This document shows positions 27,921-36,321 of a stretch of 64,000 nt of DNA, in pieces. Under the pieces are notes generated by a model. That model was not told the origin of the DNA. It made no database searches and saw only the letters and a program-made list of their open reading frames with translations. This stretch comes from Bacteroidales bacterium. Its GTDB lineage: Bacteria; Bacteroidota; Bacteroidia; Bacteroidales; Muribaculaceae. Numbering within the stretch: the first letter of the stretch is position 1; each line of letters begins with the position of its first letter. The translations under genes and the position numbers were made by a program. The stretch is from positions 30,618 to 94,617 of the forward strand of contig DXYS01000006.1 in NCBI GenBank assembly GCA_019415705.1, written 5' to 3'.

Positions 27921-29594
27921 ATGTCAAAACTAACAATACTCTGCACCGCTTTCGCGGCCATTGCTACGCTGAACGTCTCAGCAGCCGACGACTCGGCGTA
28001 TCTGTCGAAAGTATGGCAACCCGACCGCGGTGACGGCACCTACCGCAACCCGATCATCAATGCCGACTACAGCGACCCCGACGTAGTGGCCGTAGGCGAC
28101 GACTATTACATGACCGCCTCAAGTTTCTGCAACGTTCCCGGTCTGCCCATTCTTCATTCAAAAGACCTCGTCAACTGGGAGATTATCAACTACGCCGTCA
28201 AGCGTCTTCTTCCGGCCGACTACTATGACGCTGCGCGCCACGGCGATGGCATCTGGGCTCCCGCCATACGCTTTCACGACGGCCACTTCTATATCTACTG
28301 GGGCGACCCCGACTTCGGCATCTTCATGGTGCGGTCTAAAACTGATGACCCGCGTGGCGAATGGGACGAGCCTTACCTTGTGACCGAGGCAAAGGGCGTC
28401 ATCGACACATGCCCTCTGTGGGACGAAGACGGCAAAGCCTACCTCGTCAACGGCTGGGCCAAGAGCCGCTCGGGTCTGAACGCCGCCCTGACCGTAACCG
28501 AGATGTCGCCCGACGGCAAGAGCCTCATCGGCGACCCTATCATGGTCTATGACGGACTGCCCGACGGCAACCACACCATAGAGGGTCCTAAGTTCTACAA
28601 ACACAACGGCTTATACTATATCTTCGCTCCCGCCGGCTCTGTAGCTGCCGGATGGCAGGTCGTGCTGCGTTCGCGCTCTCCCTACGGCCCATATGAGCAG
28701 CGCATCGTCATGGCTCAGGGCGACACCGACATCAACGGTCCCCATCAGGGCGGCTGGGTCACCACACCCGCGGGTGAGGACTGGTTTATCCACTTTCAGG
28801 ACAAAGGCATCATCGGCCGCGTCGTTCACCTCAACCCCATGACATGGCGTGAGGACGGCTGGCCCGTAATCGGAGTCGACAAAGACGGCGACGGCTGTGG
28901 CGACCCTGTCACAACCTACCGCAAGCCCCGCGTCTCAGCCAAAGTCAAACCCCACACACCGGTCGAGAGCGACGAGTTTGATTCGCTCACACTCGGCCGT
29001 CAGTGGCAGTGGTTTGCCAACTATCAGCCTACATTCGGTTTCACCACTCCCTATGGTTACTATCGTCTATACGGCCACACACTCACTCCTGAGTTTGTCA
29101 ATTTCCGCGAAGTCCCCAACCTGCTGACGCAGAAATTCCCCAACGAATCATTTACGGCCACAGCCAAAGTGACCGTGTCGGCCACCGTCGACGGCCAGCA
29201 ATCGGGACTAATCGTAATGGGTCGAGACTATGCACGTCTCTCTGTCGAGAAAGTCGGCAACGAGTTTGCCATCAAGCTCATCGAGTGCAAGAATGCCGAT
29301 AAGAAAAAGCCCGAAACGTCAACTGACATCATCACCTTGCCCGCCACACGCATCAACGGTGAAGGTGGCCGCGCCTCACAGGACATTGACCTGTGGCTGC
29401 GTGTCAAAGTCGACAAAAACGAACTCTGCACATTCTCTTACTCTACAGACGGCAAGAAGTTTATCAACTGCGGCAAACCCTTCCAAGCCCGTCAGGGACA
29501 CTGGATTGGCGCCCGCGTAGGCCTATTCAGCGTCCAGCCCAAAGGCCCCAACCGCGGCTGGATGGACATTGACCGGTTCCGCATCGACAAATAA
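27921..29594 (+). CDS. GH43 beta-xylosidase/alpha-L-arabinofuranosidase with C-terminal beta-sandwich domain
   Basis: 557 aa with a signal peptide. GH43 motifs YRNPIINADYSDPDVV, WAPAIRFHDGHFYIYW and IEGPKFYKHNGLYYIFAPAG are present. Confidence 0.9.
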   Translation: MSKLTILCTAFAAIATLNVSAADDSAYLSKVWQPDRGDGTYRNPIINADYSDPDVVAVGDDYYMTASSFCNVPGLPILHSKDLVNWEIINYAVKRLLPADYYDAARHGDGIWAPAIRFHDGHFYIYWGDPDFGIFMVRSKTDDPRGEWDEPYLVTEAKGVIDTCPLWDEDGKAYLVNGWAKSRSGLNAALTVTEMSPDGKSLIGDPIMVYDGLPDGNHTIEGPKFYKHNGLYYIFAPAGSVAAGWQVVLRSRSPYGPYEQRIVMAQGDTDINGPHQGGWVTTPAGEDWFIHFQDKGIIGRVVHLNPMTWREDGWPVIGVDKDGDGCGDPVTTYRKPRVSAKVKPHTPVESDEFDSLTLGRQWQWFANYQPTFGFTTPYGYYRLYGHTLTPEFVNFREVPNLLTQKFPNESFTATAKVTVSATVDGQQSGLIVMGRDYARLSVEKVGNEFAIKLIECKNADKKKPETSTDIITLPATRINGEGGRASQDIDLWLRVKVDKNELCTFSYSTDGKKFINCGKPFQARQGHWIGARVGLFSVQPKGPNRGWMDIDRFRIDK

Positions 29595-29626
29595 TACTCC
29601 CCTCCCCATTCTCATATTATCTCCCG

Positions 29627-29665
29627 CAACGGCGACCTCATGAGAGGTCGCCGTTGTTGTATTAT
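29627..29665 (+). terminator. Terminator after the GH43 gene
   Basis: 13-bp perfect stem: caacggcgacctc (29627-29639) pairs with gaggtcgccgttg (29644-29656), followed by ttgtattat. Confidence 0.8.
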
Positions 29666-29675
29666 GTACGACTAA

Positions 29676-29704
29676 CAAAAAAAGCGCTCCCGTCTCGGAA
29701 GCGC
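29676..29704 (-). terminator. Terminator of the minus-strand AT-rich gene
   Basis: Stem gcgctccc (29684-29691) pairs with ggaagcgc (29697-29704) with one G:U wobble. The A8 run at 29676-29683 reads as a T tract on the minus strand. Confidence 0.7.
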
Positions 29705-29728
29705 TCAAATGAACGAGAGAATTATGTC

Positions 29729-31000
29729 TTATTTCACGAGAACTTTGGTGACTTTGTTGCCCTGACGGCGGATGTAGAGACCCGAGTCGGGATTGGCAAC
29801 GCGGACACCCTGCAGATTGAAGTACTCAACAGGTGCATTTACATCTTCTGTAACAATGTTATTGATACCTGTATTAACCTCCTCAACAGGAACAATCTTC
29901 TGCACCATGATGCGCGGATTGCTCATTGTCGCCTTGAAAGGAGTATCAATTTGATTGAAGTACATATATAAAGCTCCGTATGCAATTTGACTGTAATCAA
30001 ACGGTTGTGCCGAATTATTGAGATTAAACGAGCTGAGCGCAAGACGGTAAGTATTCTCTCCGGCCTTGAAACCGATATTCATTGGATTGAAATTAAGCTC
30101 ATATTGATCTCTGCTTGAGGAGTTAAGCAATTCCAACTGACCGTGTTTGAAATGTCCCTGCACAAAATCTTTCAGCTCGGCATCCTCAGTCTCGATATTG
30201 AAATCAAACTCAAGGTATATTTCGTTCGGTTCATATTCCGCCGCGTCAACAGCCGGGTCAAATCTAAAGCCCATGAAGAAACCGGTATCTTTTCCCTCTT
30301 CATTAAATGCATCTTTTTGAATAGAGTATGACGTATTAGTCAAACTGTTATCGGCTGTATTAGGACCTACAAACGAATTACCCGAAATCTGCTCGAAAAC
30401 GAGTCTCTTGCTGCGGTCTGAAATTTTGAAGTTGTTTGATTTGATAATAAAATCAGTGTTAAGCACACGCGCAAAGTTCATTGTAACCTTCTTAAATGTA
30501 GAAGTCTCGAGGTCTGTCCCGTCGCTAAGTTGGCCGTCACTGAAATCAATTTCCATATGATTCCATCCTTCCTTTACATTCTTGAGATATGTTTCAGCAT
30601 ACTTGGCGGCTTTGCCGTGGTCAGAGAAAGCGATTTTAGCACCACCGTCTCCGTCTATGCTCAGAAAAGGAGAATAAATAGGGTCACTATTCTTAATCGT
30701 ACCCCAAGGCAGACCGGCAAAGGTAACATCCGGCTCCGAGCCTGTGTACTCGACATATAGGTCAAATTCAAGTTTCAGATTCTCGATATCGCGGCCGGCC
30801 AACGAAAAAACATCATCAGGAGTCGTACCAAGATTATCAAAACTGTACCACCGCGGAGGCGTTTGTCCATCCTTGCCTTGTGTTGCAGTACGTTCATTCG
30901 GATTAAATGCTTTGACTGTCTCATAAACTGTTCCATCTGCTGCACTGACAGCAAACGTAACGCCTGCAAACGCTATTGCAGTGAGTAAAATTTTTTTCAT
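29729..31000 (-). CDS. Secreted protein of unknown function, two beta-sandwich-like halves plus a T9SS C-terminal domain; AT-rich
   Basis: I preferred ATG 31000 (MKKILLTAIAFAGVTFAVSA) because the track start 31006 is TTG. The two halves share NLKLEFDLYVE and EIYLEFDFNIE. The C-terminus is EYFNLQGVRVANPDSGLYIRRQGNKVTKVLVK. I recognised no catalytic motif. Confidence 0.6.
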   Translation of the reverse strand: MKKILLTAIAFAGVTFAVSAADGTVYETVKAFNPNERTATQGKDGQTPPRWYSFDNLGTTPDDVFSLAGRDIENLKLEFDLYVEYTGSEPDVTFAGLPWGTIKNSDPIYSPFLSIDGDGGAKIAFSDHGKAAKYAETYLKNVKEGWNHMEIDFSDGQLSDGTDLETSTFKKVTMNFARVLNTDFIIKSNNFKISDRSKRLVFEQISGNSFVGPNTADNSLTNTSYSIQKDAFNEEGKDTGFFMGFRFDPAVDAAEYEPNEIYLEFDFNIETEDAELKDFVQGHFKHGQLELLNSSSRDQYELNFNPMNIGFKAGENTYRLALSSFNLNNSAQPFDYSQIAYGALYMYFNQIDTPFKATMSNPRIMVQKIVPVEEVNTGINNIVTEDVNAPVEYFNLQGVRVANPDSGLYIRRQGNKVTKVLVK

Positions 31001-31037
31001 AAACAAATTGATTTGGTATTATTTAATAAGGATTTTA

Positions 31038-31225
31038 TATCTTCTGACAAGAGATACATTTGTGATACTGTTGGTAATTAGATGTATAAGGCGAAAAGCT
31101 CTATAAACAACAAATATTTTTCATTGCTGCATCGCAAATATAATGTTTTTTATAACTCTATACAAATCAATTAAAAAAATAGTCTTTAAATGCTTATTAA
31201 TTTTTGTATCTCTTGTCAGTAGATA
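31038..31225. repeat. Pair of inverted ~21-nt palindromic motifs in the AT-rich divergent promoter region
   Basis: ctgacaagagataca (31044-31058) is the exact reverse complement of tgtatctcttgtcag (31205-31219). Each copy is itself a TATCT-N9-AGATA-type palindrome. Confidence 0.6.
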
Positions 31226-31248
31226 CAAAATGTTTCAGAAAAAATAAT

Positions 31249-31256
31249 TAATTTTG
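31249..31256 (+). promoter_or_regulatory. -7 box TAATTTTG for the GH3-CBM6 gene
   Basis: Exact TAnnTTTG match 33 nt upstream of ATG 31289. Confidence 0.5.
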
Positions 31257-31288
31257 AAACATACAGGAATCTAATACCTAATCAAAGT

Positions 31289-34200
31289 ATGAAAACTAAA
31301 ATGTTGGCCGTTGCAGCGGCTATGCTTGTCGGAGCTGCAGCCGCCTCAGCCCAAAATTTCAAGGATGACAAAACGCTCTCCTTTCACGAGCGCGCCAAGC
31401 TGCTCGTCTCGCAGATGACTCTTCAAGAAAAAATAAGCCAGATAGGCAACAACTGCGGCCCCGTCAACCGCTTAGGCATCAAACGCTACAACTACTGGAA
31501 CGAAGGCATACACGGCGTGGCCCGCTCGGGCATCGCCACACAGTTTCCCGTCTCAAAGGCTCTGTCGAGCACATGGGACACCGACCTGATGCTGCGCGTC
31601 GGCACGGCCATCTCCGACGAGGCACGCGTCTATAACAATCGCGATGGCAAAGGCCTGACCTACTGGTGTCCGACCATCAACATGAGCCGTGACCCGCGCT
31701 GGGGCCGCGACGAGGAAAATTACGGCGAGGACCCATACCTGACCGGCACGCTCGCCGTGGCATATATCAAAGGTATGCAGGGCGACCATCCAAAATATCT
31801 CAAGACCGTGGCAACAGCCAAACACTTCGCCGCCAACAACTACGAGCGCGAACGCCACAGCCACTCGTCGGAGCTTGATGACCGCAACCTGCGCGAATAC
31901 TATCTCCCGGCGTTCGAAATGAGCGTCAAAGACGCAAAGGTTGCATCAGTGATGAGCGCCTACAACGCCGTCAACGGCGTGCCCTGCTGCGCCTCGCCCG
32001 AGCTGCTGACTGACATACTGCGCAAAGAATGGGGCTTCAAAGGCTTTGTCACCTCTGACTGCGGCGCCATTCAGGACATCTACGACCCGCATCACTACAC
32101 CTCGTCATTAGAGGAGGCCGCAGCCAAGGCCATACGCGCCGGCGAAGACATGAACTGCGGCGGCGTCTTCCAGAATAACACCATGGGCGCCATCTCGCAG
32201 GGTCTGCTGACCGAGGCCGACGTCGACTCGGCGCTCGTGCGCATCTTCGAGGCACGTTTCGCGCTCGGCGAGTTCGACACAGACAACCCGTGGAGCGGCA
32301 TCAGCCCCTCTATAATCGGCAGCGAGGCTCACAACGCCCTCGCCAAAGAGGCCGCTCTCAAGTCTATCGTACTGCTCAAAAACGCCGCTCCGAGCACCGG
32401 TCAGAAGCCGCTGCTGCCCTTGGACAAGAACAAGAAAGTAGCGCTCATCGGCCCGATGACTAACCTCGTGTCATTAGGCGGTTACTCAGGCTCATGCCCC
32501 GTGTCGACGACTTTGCTGCAGGCCTTTGCTGCGCGTCACGGCGTGACACTCTACGACCCCAACAACCAGTTTGAATATTACGACGAAAAACACGGCAACT
32601 GCAACGCCGAAGCCAACGGCTGCGACGGCAATCTCGGCAACGTGCGTGCCGGCGACTGGGTAATGTATAAAAATGTCGACCTCGGCGAAGGCTGCGACGT
32701 GCTCACCGTGCGCTCGGCCACAGCCAACGGCGCCGACAAGCCGACCGTAATGAAAATCTATATCGACACCAAAGGCGCTGTGCCTGACGCCACGCTGACA
32801 CTGCCCGTCACCGGCTCGTGGGGCAAGTATGTCGAGACCGTTTTTGACGTCGACGCTACACGTTTCAAAGGCGTGCACAACCTCTACTTCGAGTTTACGG
32901 GCGGCAACAGCTACTGCTCGAATATGGACTGGTATCGTTTCGAGAAATATCAGGAACCGACCGAGGCCACGGTCAACTGCGGCGCCTTCACCAAGTCTAA
33001 CGATGGCAGCAAGATGAAGATGGAGAGCGGCGGCAATCTCGGTTATGTCGCTGACGGCGACTGGGCAATGTATGAGGGCATCAACCTCGGCAACGGCTGT
33101 GACCGCCTGACCATCACCTCGGCCTCAGGCAACAAACTCGAGCGCACGACGGTCGAAATCTACCTTGACAAAATCGAGGGCACTCCCCTCGCCCGCATAG
33201 AGTTGCCGGCCACCGACGGCTGGCAAGCATACAAGGACGTGACTCACAATATCGACGAGGCAACCTTCGCCGGACGTCATGACCTCTACCTGAAGTTCTC
33301 GGGCGGTTATATCTACTGCGACAACCTGCTGCGCATGCGCTTCTTCAATTCCAAAACTCCCGCTGAGCCCGTCGAGGACGAGAGCGGCAAGACGCTCTTC
33401 ACCGAGCGCGGCTGCAACATCGTCGACGTGACGGCCACTGACATCGACGCCGTCAAAGCTACAGCCGCCAAAACCGATGTGGTCATCTTCACTGCCGGCA
33501 CTGACCTCAGCGTGATGAACGAGGGGCACGACCGCTCGACCATCGACCTGCCGGGCGACCAGCTCAAGGTGCTCAAAGCCATCGCCGAAGTAAACCCCAA
33601 CATCATCCTGCTGCTGCAGAGCGCATCGTCGCTCAACGTCAGCTGGGCCGAAGCAAATGTGCCCGCCATCCTCGAGGCTTGGTACGGCGGACAGGCTCAG
33701 GGCGAAGCCATAGCCGATGTCATTTACGGCGACTTCAATCCCTCGGGCAAGGTGACTTCGACGTGGTATAATTCAGACTCAGAGCTGCCTGACATCAAAA
33801 ATTACGATATCCGCGCCGGCCACCGCACATATATGTATTACAACAAGACGCCACTCTACGCCTTCGGCCACGGTCTGAGCTACACGACCTTTGATTACGG
33901 CAATCTCTCGCTGAGCGCCAAGACCTTAGGCAAGGACGAGACTATCACTATCAGCTTTGACGTAACCAACAGCGGCGAGCGCGACGGCGCCGAGATAGTC
34001 CAGCTCTACACTCACGCTAACTCGGCCGTCGAGCGTCCCCTCAAAGAGCTCAAGGGATTTGCCCGTGTCGAGCTCAAAGCCGGCGAGACCAAAACGGTGA
34101 ACATGGAGCTGCGCCACAGCGACCTGCGCTGGTACAATCCCGCGACCCACTATTATGAGGTCGAGGACGGCACGGTCGACATAATGATTGGCTCGTCATC

Positions 34201-34417
34201 GTCAGACATCCGCCTGACCGACACTATCACAACCCGCGCCGCTCAGGTGCTCGCCACTTATAAATCAGGTCTGAGCGGTATCGGCTCCGTCGCAGCCGAC
34301 ACCGTCAATGGTAACAAATGCGTCTACCGCATCGACGGTGTCAAGGTCGACTCCGAGCCAGACTCACTCACATCGGGCATCTACATCGTCGACGGCAAAA
34401 AGATACTCAAAAAGTAA
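31289..34417 (+). CDS. GH3 beta-glucosidase/beta-xylosidase with two inserted CBM6-like modules and a T9SS C-terminal domain
   Basis: 1042 aa. GH3 motifs NEGIHGV, SRDPRWGRDEENYGEDP, KHFAANN and GFVTSDCGA are present. Two CBM6-like modules lie at about 32590-33345 (GNVRAGDWVMYKNVDLGEGCD and GYVADGDWAMYEGINLGNGCD). The C-terminus is CVYRIDGVKVDSEPDSLTSGIYIVDGKKILKK. Confidence 0.9.
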   Translation: MKTKMLAVAAAMLVGAAAASAQNFKDDKTLSFHERAKLLVSQMTLQEKISQIGNNCGPVNRLGIKRYNYWNEGIHGVARSGIATQFPVSKALSSTWDTDLMLRVGTAISDEARVYNNRDGKGLTYWCPTINMSRDPRWGRDEENYGEDPYLTGTLAVAYIKGMQGDHPKYLKTVATAKHFAANNYERERHSHSSELDDRNLREYYLPAFEMSVKDAKVASVMSAYNAVNGVPCCASPELLTDILRKEWGFKGFVTSDCGAIQDIYDPHHYTSSLEEAAAKAIRAGEDMNCGGVFQNNTMGAISQGLLTEADVDSALVRIFEARFALGEFDTDNPWSGISPSIIGSEAHNALAKEAALKSIVLLKNAAPSTGQKPLLPLDKNKKVALIGPMTNLVSLGGYSGSCPVSTTLLQAFAARHGVTLYDPNNQFEYYDEKHGNCNAEANGCDGNLGNVRAGDWVMYKNVDLGEGCDVLTVRSATANGADKPTVMKIYIDTKGAVPDATLTLPVTGSWGKYVETVFDVDATRFKGVHNLYFEFTGGNSYCSNMDWYRFEKYQEPTEATVNCGAFTKSNDGSKMKMESGGNLGYVADGDWAMYEGINLGNGCDRLTITSASGNKLERTTVEIYLDKIEGTPLARIELPATDGWQAYKDVTHNIDEATFAGRHDLYLKFSGGYIYCDNLLRMRFFNSKTPAEPVEDESGKTLFTERGCNIVDVTATDIDAVKATAAKTDVVIFTAGTDLSVMNEGHDRSTIDLPGDQLKVLKAIAEVNPNIILLLQSASSLNVSWAEANVPAILEAWYGGQAQGEAIADVIYGDFNPSGKVTSTWYNSDSELPDIKNYDIRAGHRTYMYYNKTPLYAFGHGLSYTTFDYGNLSLSAKTLGKDETITISFDVTNSGERDGAEIVQLYTHANSAVERPLKELKGFARVELKAGETKTVNMELRHSDLRWYNPATHYYEVEDGTVDIMIGSSSSDIRLTDTITTRAAQVLATYKSGLSGIGSVAADTVNGNKCVYRIDGVKVDSEPDSLTSGIYIVDGKKILKK

Positions 34418-34423
34418 ATAATC

Positions 34424-34485
34424 AGGGCCTTAAGATAGCTATCATAGCTAATTTAGCTACCATAGCTACTTTAAGGCCCTTTTTG
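34424..34485 (+). terminator. Terminator whose loop holds 4 tandem 9-nt ATAGCTAnn units
   Basis: Stem agggccttaa (34424-34433) pairs with ttaaggccct (34471-34480), followed by ttttg. The loop at 34435-34470 reads atagctatc atagctaat ttagctacc atagctact. Confidence 0.7.
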
Positions 34486-34518
34486 TACTGTCAGAGGTCT
34501 GATGCACCCGCGGGGGTG

Positions 34519-35751
34519 TCAGGCCTTTTCTGCGTCAAATCCGGCGCTGCGGACGGCTGTGATGACGGCCTCGGGGTCGTGCTCGCCCTCGACGACGGCT
34601 TTGCCGGTCGAGAGATTGACGTCAACCTGCTTGACGCCGTCGACAGCGGCTATGCTTTTGGTGACAGTGGCCTGGCAGTGGGGGCAGTTCATGCCCTTGA
34701 TGTTATATTCTTTTGTCATGGCTGAAACGATGTTAAGTTTATGATGTTTATGTCGTTTTACAAATGTTATAATCAGCAACGTCACAAGGATGACCGAACA
34801 GACTGTCGAAAATATGCTCAGACCGCCGGGTGCGTGGCAGGCGCCGTGTGCCATGCCGGCGGGGCGAAACCACTCGGCGGGCAGCAGATAGTCAATCATA
34901 AGTCCGAAAGCTATCGAGCCGATGACTATCGACGCAAGATAAATCGCAGCCGGACGTCGTCCCATCTCCTTGGAGATGAGGGTAAACGAGGCGAAATTGG
35001 CGGCCGGACCGGCCATCAGAAGCACCAGTCCCGTGCCGGGCGAGAGGCCCTTGAGCATCAGCGACAGCGCGATGGGTATCGAGCCTGTGGCGCATACATA
35101 CATCGGTATGGCCACAATCAGCACCATCAGCATGGTCAGCAGCGGCTTGTCGCCGATGACCGCGAAAAAGTCGGCAGGGACGTAGACCGTAATAAGCGCC
35201 GCTATTAGCAGTCCGGTCACAAGCCAGCCGCCGATGCTCTCGACGAGGTCGATATAGCCGTAACGCAGAGCATCGACACACTTTGTCCAAAAGCTTTTAT
35301 GGCTGACGTCAGCCTGACACTCGTCCTGACATGCCTCGACCTGCGGCATATTTCGCTCCGAGCGGCCGACAGCCACGCCGCCGAAGACGGCAGTGACAAG
35401 CGCCGCGATCGGACGCACAACCGCAAACGCCGGGCCGAGCAGCGACCATGTGGCAGCAATACTGTCGACACCGGTCTGAGGAGTGGCGACAAGAAATGAC
35501 GTGGCCGAGGCACGCGACGCACCGTTACGCCGCATGGCGATGGCCGCGGGCAGTACGCCGCACGAACACAGCGGGAGCGGCACTCCGATGGCCGCTGACT
35601 TGACGACCGAGCGCCAGCCCGTACCCGACAGATGCCGCGCGAAGGTCTGCTGCGGCACAAAGGCATGCATGACACCTGCTATAAGAAAACCCAACAGGAT
35701 GTATGGCGACATCTCGTTGAGCATGAAAAGTAATGAGTCTAAGAGTTCCAT
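34519..35751 (-). CDS. Permease (DUF318/ArsP-type, SO_0444-like Cu/Zn efflux family) fused to a C-terminal heavy-metal-associated (HMA) domain
   Basis: 410 aa and multi-TM with a PLCSCGVLP motif. The C-terminal HMA domain reads YNIKGMNCPHCQATVTKSIAAVDGVKQVDVNL. Confidence 0.75.
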   Translation of the reverse strand: MELLDSLLFMLNEMSPYILLGFLIAGVMHAFVPQQTFARHLSGTGWRSVVKSAAIGVPLPLCSCGVLPAAIAMRRNGASRASATSFLVATPQTGVDSIAATWSLLGPAFAVVRPIAALVTAVFGGVAVGRSERNMPQVEACQDECQADVSHKSFWTKCVDALRYGYIDLVESIGGWLVTGLLIAALITVYVPADFFAVIGDKPLLTMLMVLIVAIPMYVCATGSIPIALSLMLKGLSPGTGLVLLMAGPAANFASFTLISKEMGRRPAAIYLASIVIGSIAFGLMIDYLLPAEWFRPAGMAHGACHAPGGLSIFSTVCSVILVTLLIITFVKRHKHHKLNIVSAMTKEYNIKGMNCPHCQATVTKSIAAVDGVKQVDVNLSTGKAVVEGEHDPEAVITAVRSAGFDAEKA

Positions 35752-35848
35752 ATCTGTTTATAGTATAACCGGCATATTTGCCGCGTATTTCTTTCTCAGT
35801 GCAAAATTATACTATACTTTTTGCAACCCGTTTGCAATTTTTATGTGT

Positions 35849-35856
35849 TACTTTTG
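35849..35856 (+). promoter_or_regulatory. -7 box TACTTTTG for the Fur-family gene
   Basis: TAnnTTTG match 16 nt upstream of ATG 35872, implying a very short leader. Confidence 0.4.
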
Positions 35857-35871
35857 TAGAAAAGAAATGAC

Positions 35872-36306
35872 ATGAATACCGCCGATATCGAAATCATCCT
35901 TACCAACAAGGGCGTGAAGCCTACGGCCAACCGCATCCTTGTCCTTCGCGAGCTGATGAACACGTCACACCCTGTCAGCCTCGCTGATTTGGAGAGCGCC
36001 TTGGGCTTCACCATCGACAAAGCGAGCATCTTCAGAGTGCTTGAGCTCTTCGCTGAAAAAGACGTGGTGCATGTGATTGAGGATGGAAGCCGTTCGCTCA
36101 AATACGAATTATGCCACAGCGGTGACCAACACAGCATCGCCGACCAGCACGTCCACTTTTATTGTGAAAAGTGCCGGGAGACATATTGCTTTGAGACTGT
36201 CACCGTTCCGCTGATTGATATGCCCGAGGGATTTACGGCGCATACCGTCAACTACATGATTAAAGGCATTTGCCCCAAATGCGCTGCAGCATCGTCTGAC
36301 GAATAG
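35872..36306 (+). CDS. Fur-family metalloregulator (Zur/Fur-like)
   Basis: 144 aa. It has the winged-helix N-terminus KPTANRILVLRELM and two CxxC pairs (HFYCEKCRETYC and CPKC). It is divergent from the metal permease. Confidence 0.85.
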   Translation: MNTADIEIILTNKGVKPTANRILVLRELMNTSHPVSLADLESALGFTIDKASIFRVLELFAEKDVVHVIEDGSRSLKYELCHSGDQHSIADQHVHFYCEKCRETYCFETVTVPLIDMPEGFTAHTVNYMIKGICPKCAAASSDE

Positions 36307-36321
36307 ACGCCCGCCCCCGGC

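Noticed and set aside
34435-34470. Possible CRISPR-like or other repeat array (4 x 9 nt). I also scanned the whole window for CRISPR arrays.
   Set aside because: The units are far too short, contiguous without spacers, and enclosed in a terminator stem. No repeat-spacer architecture was seen anywhere in the window.
34318-34744. The + strand ORFs 34318-34725 and 34502-34744.
   Set aside because: They span the GH3 terminator and the antisense of the HMA domain of the permease. There is no independent support for them.
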